Notes: generated by a model from the letters alone, not told the origin. DNA of 63,794 nt, filler included, from Stramenopiles sp. TOSAG23-3 (GCA_900128585.1; 9 parts of 9 records of this genome joined end to end with filler, not necessarily neighbours in it), one strand, 5' to 3'; positions 44,097-56,344 are shown, counted from the whole stretch's first letter. Numbers and translations: made by a program.

Positions 44097-45122
44097 TCAG
44101 TCCCGGTTCAGATGAACCCCCAACGAGCCCAAATGAAGCCTCCCGTTTGAGACGGACTGCATCATCATATCGGTCGCATCTTTTGTTTCCTGTTCACTGA
44201 GCTTAACGCTGTGCTGCAACTGGTCGATCTCTTGGTCCTTTCTTTTTATGGCTCGCTGAAGATTCCTGAGCTCCGCGTCCGTTGAAAGTTTTTCGCGGTG
44301 GTGCTCCACACGCATACTTTCCGACAGGGCATGGTGCTCTGTGTTGATTCGGCTGATTTGTTTGCTCATTTCTTCTCGTTTAACGTAATCGGTGAGCAAC
44401 GACGTCTCGAACGTATGGCGCTCGGACGTTAGGGTGCTTTCCTTCTCCACGAGCTGTTCCTTTAATGCTTGAATTTGTTCGACAAGTGCACTATTGGACG
44501 CCGCCAATCGCTTTATCTCACGCTTCGCCTCCTTTGCATTGTTTTCGTACACTCGAAACGTGGTCGTTGCGACAGCCAGCTGCTTTGATAGATTATGGTT
44601 TTCTTTCTGCTTTTCGAGCGTGCTCTCGTGAAACCGTTTGTCCGAGTCCTTCAATGCGCTTTCCAGCCCAGCAATGACTGAATCCTTCTCTGCCAGCTCT
44701 TTCGCCATCCTCTCTATTTGTCGGTCAAAACTCTGCTTGGTGCTGTCTAAAAGCTCGCGGGCCCTGTCGGCGTCCCTGCCCGCGCATTCGACAGCGTGGT
44801 CGGCATGCTCTTGCAGTGCATCCAGTTCTTCGTCTTTAAGACCAAGTTTCTGTTTCATGAATTTAATTTTGGAATGGTACTTTGCCTGGCCTTTGCTTAC
44901 AATAACGGATTCCCTCACGAATTTATGCCGAAGGTGTTCTTCCCGAGCAAGGGCGAGCTTTCTCTCTTTTCTAACCCGCTTCAACGTTTTCTCCAACGCC
45001 TCATTTTCCATCTTCAACTTTAATATGTGATCCCCTACCCGATGCGTTGAATCTTCGATGAGACGAGAAACCGTTACATTTTCCTGGGAACGTGCCCCCC
45101 CGGTGCGAGACGAGAACATCAT
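44097..45122 (-). CDS. Coiled-coil protein of unknown function
   Basis: ORF 44097..45233. Likely start is MMFSSRTGG at 45122, because the upstream part crosses a (GA)n microsatellite. Confidence 0.8.
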   Translation of the reverse strand: MMFSSRTGGARSQENVTVSRLIEDSTHRVGDHILKLKMENEALEKTLKRVRKERKLALAREEHLRHKFVRESVIVSKGQAKYHSKIKFMKQKLGLKDEELDALQEHADHAVECAGRDADRARELLDSTKQSFDRQIERMAKELAEKDSVIAGLESALKDSDKRFHESTLEKQKENHNLSKQLAVATTTFRVYENNAKEAKREIKRLAASNSALVEQIQALKEQLVEKESTLTSERHTFETSLLTDYVKREEMSKQISRINTEHHALSESMRVEHHREKLSTDAELRNLQRAIKRKDQEIDQLQHSVKLSEQETKDATDMMMQSVSNGRLHLGSLGVHLNRD

Positions 45123-46326
45123 AGGTTGTACCCCCTCCCCTCTCTCTCTCTCTCTCTCTCTCTTGGTATCACTTCGTACGTGCCTGCACACTCTCTTTCC
45201 GTTGATAATTAAATTCCCAAAACCCATGTTCATCTAAAATACATATAAGAAATTCAATCTAATGTATTAACGCACACTCACTTTGTGATTCTCACTTCTT
45301 TTTCTGTGTGGTGAGTGATTCATCGAATCTTCTTCTATTATATTTGAAAAAAAAAAAACAAACAAACAAATGATGCTATGCTGTGATCATATATGATGCT
45401 GTGATCATATGTATTCTGTTGGTACACTGCATACCAATTTAAGTATACGTAATATTATACTTGTAAATATAATATATCACCTATGAACCTGGACGTTGGA
45501 ACTTGGATTGACCATAAACCCTAACCCAAACCCAAACTCCAAAAATGTTCCAATTTCTTTAATTTAAAAAATAGTTCCAACTTTAATGTATTCTACTCTC
45601 TATTCTCTATATAATAGCATTAGTAGCTAGTCTAAGTAAGCAGCAGTCCATTTATTTTGCAATTATAATCGTTTTATTTTAAGTTTTAAGTTGTCCATCA
45701 TTCCATTCCATTCCATCAGCCATTCCATCAGCCATCACATGCCATTCCATTCCATGCCATTATGTTATTAATGTCCATTACCGGTAGTCGGTCTACAGTG
45801 TCTACATTCTACACCAATTAATAGCTAACCAAACCAGCAGAGCAGCAGAGTAAGAAAGTTAGTACCGTACCGGTAAGTAAGTAAAACGAACCCCCCAATG
45901 TCCTCCTCGCTATGAAAAGAAGAAGAAGAAGAAGAAAGAAGAAGAAGAAAAGAAGAGAGATCAACGAACAATAAAAAATAATATTATAAAAATATCTTCT
46001 TCTTTTTTTTTTTTTGTTCCTTCCCGTCCCTCTTTTTTTGTTGTTCCTTCTTCTTTCTCTGTTACGACCGACGAGAAGCAAACGTTTGCCGCAAAAAATC
46101 TAAGCTAGATCTCTGGTAGATAAGATGCAAACGTGATCGATGATTGAAATTCTCAGTCATATAACGAACGTTCTATGATTGTTCGAAAGAAAGAAGCAAT
46201 TTCTGTTTTGTCGAATTTACTGCTTTGGCACAGACGGGTAGAGAATAATAACTTTTACCAACTATGCGTCTAAAGTGGTTGTGCCGTTTTTGTTTATTTG
46301 GGCTACTCTGTCTGTGCTAAATATTC

Positions 46327-46892
46327 TTAGATTTCTTTTCTTTGCGTCATTTCTATGTCTCCATCTACTACAACCTTCACCTTTTCCGCGTGGATCCTCT
46401 CTTTTCCCTGCCCTCTTTTCAAACACTTCATGACCCTCTCTCTCAAACATGATGTACTCACGACAATACTTCCTAATCCTAACACTACGCATAAAACGCT
46501 CACGGTAATTAACACCGCACCAAATCCAGCTTTCTGATATTCATCCTGACCAGGTGTCGCATCGTAAAGCTTCAACGCCATGCCAGACACCAGCGTCAGT
46601 AATAAATGTGCTGCTAATATCACTGCGATGATGTTGTCCCACCCTGCCTTGTACGGTTTCTTGTGTATCAGCAAACTCATCCAGAAGGCACAAATGATAA
46701 TTCCTAGGAATACTTGAGCTACGCTCTCTTCACCCATCATGATTAGGCCTCCAGTCAAGAGCAGACGGCGAAACAAGTCGATGATATCGTAATAATAACA
46801 CTCTGGGGTATAGTTGGCGTAGATCGAACCGTACTCTTTCTCCACAACATGCTGCTCCTGCTTCTCTTCATGGGTCATGCCCTCTCGAACGT
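46327..46892 (-). CDS. C-terminal multi-TM region of a large protist surface/TRP-like membrane protein; 5' part beyond the contig end
   Basis: YGSIYANYTPECYYYDIIDLFRRLLLTG...QVFLG...KPYKAGWDN pattern typical of this C-terminal TM module. Confidence 0.75.
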
Positions 46893-47418
46893 NNNNNNNN
46901 NNNNNNNNNNNNNNNNNNNNNNNNNNNNNNNNNNNNTTAATTAATTAANNNNNNNNNNNNNNNNNNNNNNNNNNNNNNNNNNNNNNNNNNNNCTGTTATT
47001 TAAGTAATTAAATTTAGCTTCGTCGTACCCTAATCCTAACTTGATTCTGTAATTTCGTCTCATTGATGGTTACTTCTTTTAATTTTTCTTCTTTCTTCTT
47101 TCTTCTTCTTCTTCTTCTTCTTCCCTCAATCACACTTAAAGTCATGTATTTGTTTCTCTCTTCTCTCTTTTTTTTTTTATTATTATAATAAAATAATATA
47201 TTTTATTCGTATTTTATTATTACTCACACGATTTTTTTACGAAAATTACTTACTTACTTACTTAACTTCATATATTAATTCCAATATTACCGTAAGAACT
47301 TTTATTGGCAATTTATACAACCAAACATGCAATTGTTTTAAATAATCAAGCCAAGGAAAAGAAAACGGCGGGAAAAAAAGATTTACTGTGTGTTTATTTG
47401 CGCACGTCCACGTAAAAC

Positions 47419-48171
47419 ATGGGTGCTTTAGATTTGATTATATGCGCCCTTTGCATCGGCATCGGACTAGAGTTTACCACCGCTCTACCAAACGAACGGG
47501 CCGCCGCTGAAACGCACGACAAGCTGGTCCTTCATTTAGAAACGTTTCCGCTGCGAGCATTGTTGGCGTACGAGTCGCGCCTTCAAGCACAGAAAAAGGA
47601 AAGTATCAAGCGCCACTCCCCGAACACGGGGTTTTTGCAGATCGGCCAAAAGTTCATTAAACCCTCATTAGGCATGGCTGGCCAGAAAATTATCGTTTCT
47701 AAACATTTTGGGGCCTTCGATAAAAGTGGCGGCGGGGAAACGAAGCCGGAGGAAGGCCCCCCTATGAAACATTCAAACACAAACGGGGAGTCCGTGTTTC
47801 CAATGATGGTAAACCCGTCCGATGATGACTCGGAAATAGGGTATCAGCCGGGCTTAGAAGGTTTTTTCCCGTCCACGGGGTACGAGGACGAGCCCGTTGA
47901 ATGTAGACAAAATTTAAATTCTTGGTTTAAAACGTGCCTTTCTCCAACTTCATTTTCACAGAAACCATTAGTTGGTAAGACGGTAAATTTCAAGCGTTTA
48001 CGGTCGTTCCTGTCGCCGAACAACAAAGCCCGCATGAGAAAGGCAGCTTTGCAGGAGCTGAATGCGGGGAAAGAGTTAGGAATAGACGCAGCGAGCACGA
48101 AAAGCCGCCCGGAGGAAAATGATCTAAGGAGTACTATGAGTTACGCAGAGTCCCTCCTGGCCCCCAGGTAG
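47419..48171 (+). CDS. Putative secreted protein of unknown function
   Basis: 250-aa ORF with an N-terminal signal-peptide-like segment. Confidence 0.7.
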   Translation: MGALDLIICALCIGIGLEFTTALPNERAAAETHDKLVLHLETFPLRALLAYESRLQAQKKESIKRHSPNTGFLQIGQKFIKPSLGMAGQKIIVSKHFGAFDKSGGGETKPEEGPPMKHSNTNGESVFPMMVNPSDDDSEIGYQPGLEGFFPSTGYEDEPVECRQNLNSWFKTCLSPTSFSQKPLVGKTVNFKRLRSFLSPNNKARMRKAALQELNAGKELGIDAASTKSRPEENDLRSTMSYAESLLAPR

Positions 48172-48379
48172 TAATTCTTATACGAATAATTCATATGAAT
48201 ATTAAAAAAAACAAATAAGTATTCTGTTCTTTAGGCCCAATTTCGAACCCAGAGAAGGGCAGAGCTCCATCCCTTCCAGTGGTACCATGTCTGCAAAATT
48301 CTAATATGCGCATGTTGTAATTTACGAACTTGGTTTTGTAGAAATATAGTGCACCTAATAATTTCACCGTAGTACGAAA

Positions 48380-48802
48380 TTACGACCCTTGCTTCTTCTC
48401 TTTATCCGCATCGCCCTTTTCACCTTCCGCAGAATCTTCGCCCTCGCCCATGTCATCGAACCGGATTTCGTACGAGCTTCCTAAAGCACAACCCCGGTTA
48501 CAGCCCAACGCGTCGCAGCGCTGGTCGAAGGAGTCCGTGCATTTTTCTCTACACTTTATAACGGTACTCTCCTCATGGCACGCGTTCGCGCAGCCAGTCA
48601 AACACCCCCAACCAATATCAAAACACGCCTTAAAATCCGTCCACGCCTTCCCACACTGTACTCTACATAACTCTTGACACATCAACCGAGGCCGCAAGGT
48701 CGCACGAGGTGGTGTAGGGGCACCGGCGCCCCCCAACAACATCTTCCCCTCTGTCAATGCACACCATCCTACCAATAAAAGAACAAACAAATGGATTTTC
48801 AT
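48380..48802 (-). CDS. Small secreted cysteine-rich protein
   Basis: MKIHLFVLLLVGWCALTEG signal peptide (ATG 48802); repeated CxxxC motifs; acidic tail. Confidence 0.75.
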   Translation of the reverse strand: MKIHLFVLLLVGWCALTEGKMLLGGAGAPTPPRATLRPRLMCQELCRVQCGKAWTDFKACFDIGWGCLTGCANACHEESTVIKCREKCTDSFDQRCDALGCNRGCALGSSYEIRFDDMGEGEDSAEGEKGDADKEKKQGS

Positions 48803-49322
48803 CTTGCCTAAGTTAAGATTCCTTTCTTCTATATTCCACGTGGAGTTCAATGGATACTTGCAATCTTCCTCTCATCTATTGAAAACTGTGTTCAATTTTA
48901 AAAAATTCCTTTTTCTACTTTTAAGATAATGTAAATTACTCTCTCATGGAATTAATTATATAATAATTTTTTACACATACTACACCACTGTGGTGATTGA
49001 TGATCATAATTTAAATATTAATTGTTGTTTTTATTATTTTTAATAATCGCCCCCCCCCCTTTTCCTTTTCTTCTTTTCTTTATCCGCCATCCCACCTCTT
49101 CTTCTTTGCTTTATTCCTACTGTACGGTGTAGTGTATTCCATCCCTTAAAAACTTTATTTCTATCTTGAATACAGGACTATACTATAATTTTAAATTCAA
49201 CTATTCGTCTACAGTGTGGTAGTCACTTCTTATATCTCTCGGTTAAACTTAAAAAACAAAAACAAGAAGAATATATTCAGTAAATTTTATATATCAGGTC
49301 ATACTTCCGTAAATATGTATCT

Positions 49323-52112
49323 CTACTCGTCGCGCTGTTTGTAGAACAAGAGGTACGCGGCTTCGGACACTACTTTGGAAGAGGGCACCTGGCGCACCCG
49401 AGAGTCATCGAATTCAAACCATTGGTTTTGCCCGTCGGTTGAAGTGGTGTCCGTGCTCCTTCGGGCAAAGGCTGTGTAATGCCCGAACCCCATCCGGCCG
49501 TAATGGTTTGACACGGCGTACAAGTCGTAAATTGGTTTCTTGCCGTTGAACGTGCCCCCAACGCAAAAGTCTCCTAGGTCGAGCCCTTCCAAGGGGTACT
49601 CGACCAGGTCGCTGACTTTTGAGGAGTAGAGAGGGTTCTTGTAATGGAACCGTTTGAAGTGTAAGATGAGTATTTTTGGCAGTTTCCACACTTCAATCTT
49701 TTTTGTGGCCGCGACATGGTCTTCGCACTTGCTGCAGTACCAATAGTTTTGCTCGTCCAAAACCTCCGGCGCCACGAGATCTTTGAAGCACTTTCGCAGC
49801 GTCAACCGCCCGCCGTCTTCTTCGCTGTCCGAATCGTTCCCAAAGTTGCGGATGTCGGGCACCAGCTTGCTGTCCCACAGAACCTTCGCGTACGTAATCT
49901 TTGACTTCTTAACGGCCCACTCTTCCCCCATCGTCACGGTCTGCGAAATGGACAGCTGGCCTAGTTTCTCAGAGATCACGGGAAAGGCCTCTTGCTTCAC
50001 CTTTCCTGTCTTGGTGGCAGCGTAAAACGCGCCCGGGCCGCTTTCGTTCTTTGTCGTGCCTCCTATCCTCATTTTGGGGTAGATAAACTCTTTCTGGGCC
50101 AGCATCTGTTGGCGAACCGACAGTGTGGAGTCTTCGGGCGAGCAGGACAGTATCATCGGCAGCCCATAAGTGTCTCGGTCGTCGGACCCGCTGTACACGC
50201 ACATGTACGCCGCGTTGGGCGTGATTTCGTACATGACCACTTGGCCGAGCTTGGAAATGGACGAAATGCTCCGGTCTTTAATAAGCAGCGCCGACACGGT
50301 CCCTTGCCGGTCCACGAGGCACGGCAGCATGTGCTTGATGGCCACCCCGTGTAGGCTGGACAATTTTTTCTTCATATCCTTCAAAGTCGTTGTGCTTTTG
50401 ATGCTAAATTCATGCACGACTACCCTCTTCCCGTCGTCCTCCGCCATTCTACGCGGGCACCGCTTCACGAAGAAAATGCTTCGTGAATCGACGGGATTGA
50501 TGGGCAGCGTTACGTTGCGGAATGGGTTGAACGTGACGGACACTCGGTTGCAGTGGGGGCAGGTCAACGTTGACTTCTCTTGGCCCATCACGTTGTCCGC
50601 CATGATCGAAGCGTTTCGCTTTAGGTAGCCCTCCCACGCCCTGTCTGCAACCTTGCGGTCTGATTTGGTCCCATCGTGCTCTTCCTGCTCGACGTACGGC
50701 TTTTTCTGAATACGGTTCAAATCTTCGTGGATCCCGTCCAGCAAGAACGTCAAAAATTCTTGCGAGTCCTGCTGTGCGAACCCTGAAAATCGCCCCTGCG
50801 CCAGTTTGGCCGTCCACCGCTTGAATTTCAGAGGGTTTATGCTTGTGCTGGACCCGTGCCAAAGCTGCCCAAGGATGTCTCCCCACTGTTCGGCAATCTT
50901 CCCTTTAAACCCCAAAACGTTATCTTTGTTGATCTCTTCCTTGTAACGCCCGCTCAAAAAGTAAGTCGTCAGCGGGCTGGTGTGGCTGATGCACTGTATT
51001 ATGGAGTTCATGAAGCAGGTGTTTCCCAGATTCTGCAAACCACACTTTCCCATCCGTCCAAGGCACCCAGAGGCGGCGGTGGAGCGCACTTTGCACTCTT
51101 TCTTGTGCGTTTTCCAATGCGCCTTTTGGCAACCCTTCGAGCAGTAGTTTGCGTTTTTGCACCGCGTGCAAACCTTTATGTTGCGCTTCTTTTGGTAACA
51201 GAAATCGCACACTTTCAGGGGGGACGCTGGCCGCTTTAGGTTTTGTGGGTCCAGGGCCGCACGCTTCCCTGCGCTGGCACTCTTGGGGGCCTCGGCCATC
51301 ACCGTCTCTTTAGTCTCGGGGTCTTTGCACTCGGCCGTTGCAGTCGGGGATACCGATAGTCGCGCCATGCTTTCTTCCAGCTGCTCTCTGGTGGGCATGC
51401 CCTGATGCTTTGAAAACGGCGGGTCGGGCGGGCTCCCGGTTCCGGTGCTGACAATACGCTCGGGGCCACCTCCGTACCAAGATAGCAGGGCCGACCAGAC
51501 CTGCTTCGGCACGGCCACGTAGTCCTCGTTCAGTTTCAAAACCCTTTTGGCACTGAACGACGTTTCCACTGGGCCGGGATGCGCAATGCCGGCCCGAGGG
51601 GCCGCGGGGGCGCCCTTCTCGTCGTCCAGCCGCTTCAGCGCCCTCGCCAGCAGGTCTTTTTTGTTGCCTTGAATAGGCAACCCCCTGCTCTTCAAGAACG
51701 CCTTAAGGCCTTTCGGGTTCATTTTCCGAAGCTCTTTTCTGAGCAACCCCTGTTCGGCGGGAGGGTCGCCGCTGCCGCCGTCTCTATCTTCGCCGAAACC
51801 AACGAAGGCTTGCCAATTCTCCCACCAGCCCGCGCCGACCGCGTAGAGGGTTTGCCCAACAGCAGACTCTTCCAAGAGTTTCCCTACGGATTTTCGTTGC
51901 ACGGCACGGCAGGGGTAGACGTCACCAAAGGGGCTACTATCCTTCCCCTCTTTCGTCTCCATCGGTTCATTTTCACCCCCACCACGGTTACCCCCAAGTT
52001 TTTGCGGCGTCAACGGGTGTTCTATTTTAGTCGAACTTTGTGTAAAATTTAAGCGAACAACCGTCGACGGGGACCCCGACGAGCCCCGCGGTGTCACTGG
52101 TGAAACCGGCAT
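49323..52112 (-). CDS. Ubiquitin-specific protease (USP4/11/15-like) with DUSP, SAP and MYND zinc-finger domains
   Basis: Cys box GLQNLGNTCFMNS; QQDSQEFLTFLLDGIHEDLNR; His box YDLYAVSNHYGRMGFGHYTA; WFEFDDS. MYND: CDFC...CTRCKNANYCSKGCQKAHWKTHKKEC. DUSP: WWENWQAFVG...WSALLSWYGGGP. Confidence 0.92.
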   Translation of the reverse strand: MPVSPVTPRGSSGSPSTVVRLNFTQSSTKIEHPLTPQKLGGNRGGGENEPMETKEGKDSSPFGDVYPCRAVQRKSVGKLLEESAVGQTLYAVGAGWWENWQAFVGFGEDRDGGSGDPPAEQGLLRKELRKMNPKGLKAFLKSRGLPIQGNKKDLLARALKRLDDEKGAPAAPRAGIAHPGPVETSFSAKRVLKLNEDYVAVPKQVWSALLSWYGGGPERIVSTGTGSPPDPPFSKHQGMPTREQLEESMARLSVSPTATAECKDPETKETVMAEAPKSASAGKRAALDPQNLKRPASPLKVCDFCYQKKRNIKVCTRCKNANYCSKGCQKAHWKTHKKECKVRSTAASGCLGRMGKCGLQNLGNTCFMNSIIQCISHTSPLTTYFLSGRYKEEINKDNVLGFKGKIAEQWGDILGQLWHGSSTSINPLKFKRWTAKLAQGRFSGFAQQDSQEFLTFLLDGIHEDLNRIQKKPYVEQEEHDGTKSDRKVADRAWEGYLKRNASIMADNVMGQEKSTLTCPHCNRVSVTFNPFRNVTLPINPVDSRSIFFVKRCPRRMAEDDGKRVVVHEFSIKSTTTLKDMKKKLSSLHGVAIKHMLPCLVDRQGTVSALLIKDRSISSISKLGQVVMYEITPNAAYMCVYSGSDDRDTYGLPMILSCSPEDSTLSVRQQMLAQKEFIYPKMRIGGTTKNESGPGAFYAATKTGKVKQEAFPVISEKLGQLSISQTVTMGEEWAVKKSKITYAKVLWDSKLVPDIRNFGNDSDSEEDGGRLTLRKCFKDLVAPEVLDEQNYWYCSKCEDHVAATKKIEVWKLPKILILHFKRFHYKNPLYSSKVSDLVEYPLEGLDLGDFCVGGTFNGKKPIYDLYAVSNHYGRMGFGHYTAFARRSTDTTSTDGQNQWFEFDDSRVRQVPSSKVVSEAAYLLFYKQRDE

Positions 52113-52990
52113 GGGTGTAGCGCAGCGAACAAACTAAACTTCGGCTACCTACCTATCTACTTACCAAAATCCATAAAAACTTTCAGTTGGTGATCCGCGC
52201 AATATTGTTTTGATCTGAAGTATTAAAACAGAATGCGGGCAATATAAACGTAAATCAAAAATAATACATTTTTTCATTTCAATAATATTTTATTATTATT
52301 ATTATTATTATTAGTCGTCGTCGTCTTCTTATTATATTTTTTATTATGAAATATTATAATTACATATTATACCGGTACATAAGAAGACGACTAATAATAA
52401 AATTAATATTTGGTGTATTATTATTATAAGTACGACGCAGAAGAAGAGAGAAGAAGGAGAAAGAGAAGAAAAAAGAAGAAGAAAAAAAAAGAAGAGAATT
52501 AATAATAATTATTATTTAGTGAATATACTATTCGTCTATTAATATACTGTAATAATTATATTATAATAAAAAAAAAGAAGAAGACAGGAGGACGACGAGA
52601 AGAAGAAGAAGAAGAATGAGAATGACTAAAAAATAATGAAGAAGTATGAAAAAAAAAACAAATTATAGTAGTATGTTTTAAGACTCTCAAGAAAAGAAGT
52701 ATGATGTACATGTTTTTCTTATCATATATTATTTCAAGTTCCGTACGATATGTAGTAATTTCAAAAATGTATTCCCTCTCGTCTTGAAATAAAGTTGTAA
52801 AATACTAGACCGTACCGCATACGACGGACGACGGTTGGTAGCATTATACATATTTTTATTGTGGATGATGGTGAGAGTTTAAGATAGACGACGACGACAT
52901 CTTTTATTACGTATTTTAAAAAAATCAAAATGCGTACAAGCTTATAAAAGCCAATTTTCTTGTTTATATATTTGTTTTTAAATCTATCCC

Positions 52991-54220
52991 CTATCTCCAT
53001 TTGGCATGCGAATTTCTGGCATCATCTGTTCTGTTTCTATCACTATGATCGGCAAACTTACCAGTGACAGACCCAGCTTCATCGTACATCAGTTCAAACT
53101 GCCCGATCCTTCGTTGGGCAACGCCTGTCGCATGGGACCTGTCCTTTACGTCGATGTAATCGTCGTCCGGGACGACGACACGAAAGATATCATTGATCAG
53201 CTTGTGCTTCATGACTCGGTCGCTGTGGGTCGTTGCGGAGAGGGACGGGGATGCATTTATTTCAATCAACCACGACTTTAGGTTGTCGTCCACCAAAACA
53301 TCGTACCCGTAGCATTCAAAGCAGTGTTTGTCGTTGATCACGACCGATTGGACGGATTTCAACGACAGCAAAATGATCCGCTCGATGTCTTCGAAGACTT
53401 GGGCGGCGCGCTCTTGGCCAAACTGTCCTTCTATGTACAGTCGAAAATTGCGTAGCGACCATTTTCCCCCGTGCTTGTCGTTGTAATCGTCTGCCTTTGT
53501 CTGAATCGACACGTTCGTCAAGTGCATGAACATGTTGTCTAAGTTTGCATTGTCGTTCGAGTATCGCGCACCACTGAACCGGCAAAACCCTTCCCTGTAC
53601 ATGTACACCCGGAGCGGCCGGTACGAGGTGACCAGCGCGTACAGGCGAAGGTCGAATTTTTTCCCACCAATCAGGAGGGGGTTGTCCAAGTACCGGGAGA
53701 TGACGTAATTGTCCCGCATGGATCCGGAGGCCCACTTGTTGTTCGCCCACTTTTTTATTTGACTAAGTTTGTTCACTATAAAGATACCTATCCCGCGCGC
53801 TTTGGACGTTGGCTTCATGATCCAGGTCGTGTTCGGGCGCCTTCGAAACTCTTCCACGAAGAGCGAGTAGTCCGCCGGCAACATGTACGTCGTCGGCACA
53901 AAAAGCGGGACGTGCAGGCCTTCCTTCGCCAGTTCCTTTGCGTAGCGTTTGATGTTCTTGACCATCAAGTCCTTTCTCGTCAGCTCGTAGTGGTTCGGGA
54001 AGTGGTTGAGGATTTGGCGGTCGTTCAGTCGGTACCCGTGGTCTGGGTTGAATATGTGCTTGACCGTGTGGACCGACGCCCAGTAGACGTTCCAATCTTC
54101 GTCCGACTGCGTTTTCACCCACTCTCGCCTCTCAAAGTTGGACGTCAAACACCCTTTCTCCATGTCGGTCCTCCACTTTATCGTCGAAGACCCATAATTG
54201 CTCGAATACCTCCGGTTCAT
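52991..54220 (-). CDS. TTLL1: Tubulin polyglutamylase TTLL1
   Basis: KWRTDMEKGCLTSNFERREW...DWNVYW...GYRLNDRQILNHFPNHYELTRKDLMVKNIKRY; WIMKP; KFDLRLY; FECYGYDV; WLIEINASPS. Confidence 0.93.
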   Translation of the reverse strand: MNRRYSSNYGSSTIKWRTDMEKGCLTSNFERREWVKTQSDEDWNVYWASVHTVKHIFNPDHGYRLNDRQILNHFPNHYELTRKDLMVKNIKRYAKELAKEGLHVPLFVPTTYMLPADYSLFVEEFRRRPNTTWIMKPTSKARGIGIFIVNKLSQIKKWANNKWASGSMRDNYVISRYLDNPLLIGGKKFDLRLYALVTSYRPLRVYMYREGFCRFSGARYSNDNANLDNMFMHLTNVSIQTKADDYNDKHGGKWSLRNFRLYIEGQFGQERAAQVFEDIERIILLSLKSVQSVVINDKHCFECYGYDVLVDDNLKSWLIEINASPSLSATTHSDRVMKHKLINDIFRVVVPDDDYIDVKDRSHATGVAQRRIGQFELMYDEAGSVTGKFADHSDRNRTDDARNSHAKWR

Positions 54221-55274
54221 GGTTTAATATAGCAAAGGAAAAGAAGAAAAAAAAGAGATAGTAGTTGCTCAAAACGATCCTACGCAATACAAAGAGAGAG
54301 AGAGAGAGAGACGATAACCACACAAGAAGACAGGGACAACGCGCAGTTCTGCAATTAAGTATGTGCAGTTGATCAATAGAATGAAAATCACCAACTAACA
54401 CAAAATGCGAACAAAAAGGGAAGTGAAAAATTAAAAGTGAACAAACAGACAAGGGGTGAAAAAGAAAGAAAACAAAACAGATTTAATTATTCAACAATGA
54501 TGCGATTATCAAATTTATTATTATTGTGTTAATATTTATTATAGGTTGAGAAGAAGAAGACGACTAATATTAATAAAATATCATCACACCAAATCAAATA
54601 TAATTTTTAATAATAATAAATAAATAAATGAAAAATAAATTTTATTATTTTTTTTCTTCTTCTTCTTCTTCTTCTTCTTCTTCTTCTTCTTCTTCTTCTT
54701 CTTCTTCNNNNNNNNNNNNNNNNNNNNNNNNNNNNNNNNNNNNNNNNNNNNTTAATTAATTAANNNNNNNNNNNNNNNNNNNNNNNNNNNNNNNNNNNNN
54801 NNNNNNNTCGTTCCTTTCTTCTTCTTCTTTTTCTTCTTCTTTCTTCTTCTTCTTTCTTTCTCTTTTTCTTCTTCTTCTTTCTTCTTATTTTCATTCTTCT
54901 TCTTCTTTCTTTATTATCTTTTTCTTCTTCTTCTTTCTTTATTATTATATTATTGGGGGGGGACACTGATATTTAACGCCAGAAATTAACAAAAATTAAC
55001 ATAAGAACAGCATCGACGACATTTTTGGAAAAAATCAATCTCGGTCAGTATTTCGGCCATTTTTACCGCCCTTAAATTTGTGATGATTTCATCATCAAAT
55101 GATTTATTTTTTTACTCCACCACAAACACGCAATATCACACGAATAATTATTGTACGGTACCCGTTGAACTCATTCCCACCGGTTCAATAGGTTGTACGG
55201 TATCATTCATACAAACTTTATTTTTTTAGTCCTGAATGAAACATTCAAGACACCATTCATTTAATATCTAAAGA

Positions 55275-56110
55275 GGGCGGCTTACTATATTGGTCAACAT
55301 TTTATTGATTTTTGCCCGCCGCCAGCGCTCCGCCGTCGAAGACTCGCCGTGCCCGCCACCATATTTTGCAAACTTTGTCGGGAGCCAGATGTTTGGATTA
55401 TCTTTGCCCTAGCAATGTCCAATATGATCATTGACTGTGCAATGCCTTTAAATTCATTTTCTCCCATTGGCGGGACCATTTATTTTATCAGTGTTTGCTT
55501 GATGCTTACCTTTGATATTTTACATACGAAATCTAGGGGTCTCACTGTAGCGATAGCGACCGTTTTCATGTTACTTACACTCTGGAACATTTTACGTCAG
55601 TACATTGGCAGTGATGACACGGGTGTTGTGCTTCTAAAATACGGGGATAATTACACACTTTATAAGAAGTCCACAAAGCGCTCGATTCTTATTGAAATCC
55701 TTTTATTTACTTTAGAGGGAGCATGGACATTAATCACGGACAAAAAAGTAGAAAAATTTATGTTCATTAAAGCACCAATGTACAGAGAAGCCACTGTGGA
55801 AGGGCGTGAATCATCTAATCCACCCCGATTCAACGCAAATCTTAACAATGAAAGTCTAGTGCGAGACCGAATGCGAGTTCTTTGTGGGCAAAAGGTTCTT
55901 GCTGGTAGCGTATTTTTAACTCTTCTAGTTTATGTATGGAATGCCCTTTGTTGCGATTATAGGAACGTTTTTCTTTCTATTGGGCTTTGTGCTTTTTTTG
56001 TTGTTGGTTTTGCGGGAGTGGTGATGGTATATTACAGAAAGTACTTGAAGAACATAGGTATGTTAAGAAGCGAACGGTCGAAGTGCAAAAGCAAAATTCT
56101 ACGCTTATGA
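55275..56110 (+). pseudogene. Truncated paralog of the membrane protein at 60639-62126
   Basis: KLCREPDVWIIFALAMSNMIIDCAMPLNSFSPIGGTIYFISVCL...KFMFIKAPMYRE aligns to the intact gene. No proper start; diverges after YYRK. Confidence 0.8.
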
Positions 56111-56344
56111 CACAAAGCATGATATGATGTGCTAGATTAAGGTTACCCAAGGTATGCGAAGTATCTTAAATAGTCTACCTTACGTTATAAGGGGTTTTGT
56201 TCATTATTATTATATAAGGTACACGAGAAATTATATATTTTTTTTTAAATAACCTATGTGAAATTATATACGAGAAATTATATATACATTTTTGTAAATT
56301 TACTCACTTAATACGCTTAAAATTAAGAAATACATTTCTTTTCA

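Noticed and set aside
45515..45540. CCCTAA-like units (AACCCTAACCCAAACCCAAAC; also near 39460 and 15549)
   Set aside because: Too short and degenerate to call telomeric or interstitial telomeric repeats.
46081..46260. Possible snoRNA or other ncRNA in moderately complex intergenic DNA
   Set aside because: No convincing C/D or H/ACA box arrangement. I recognised no tRNA or rRNA anywhere in the window by eye; an Infernal or tRNAscan run would be needed.
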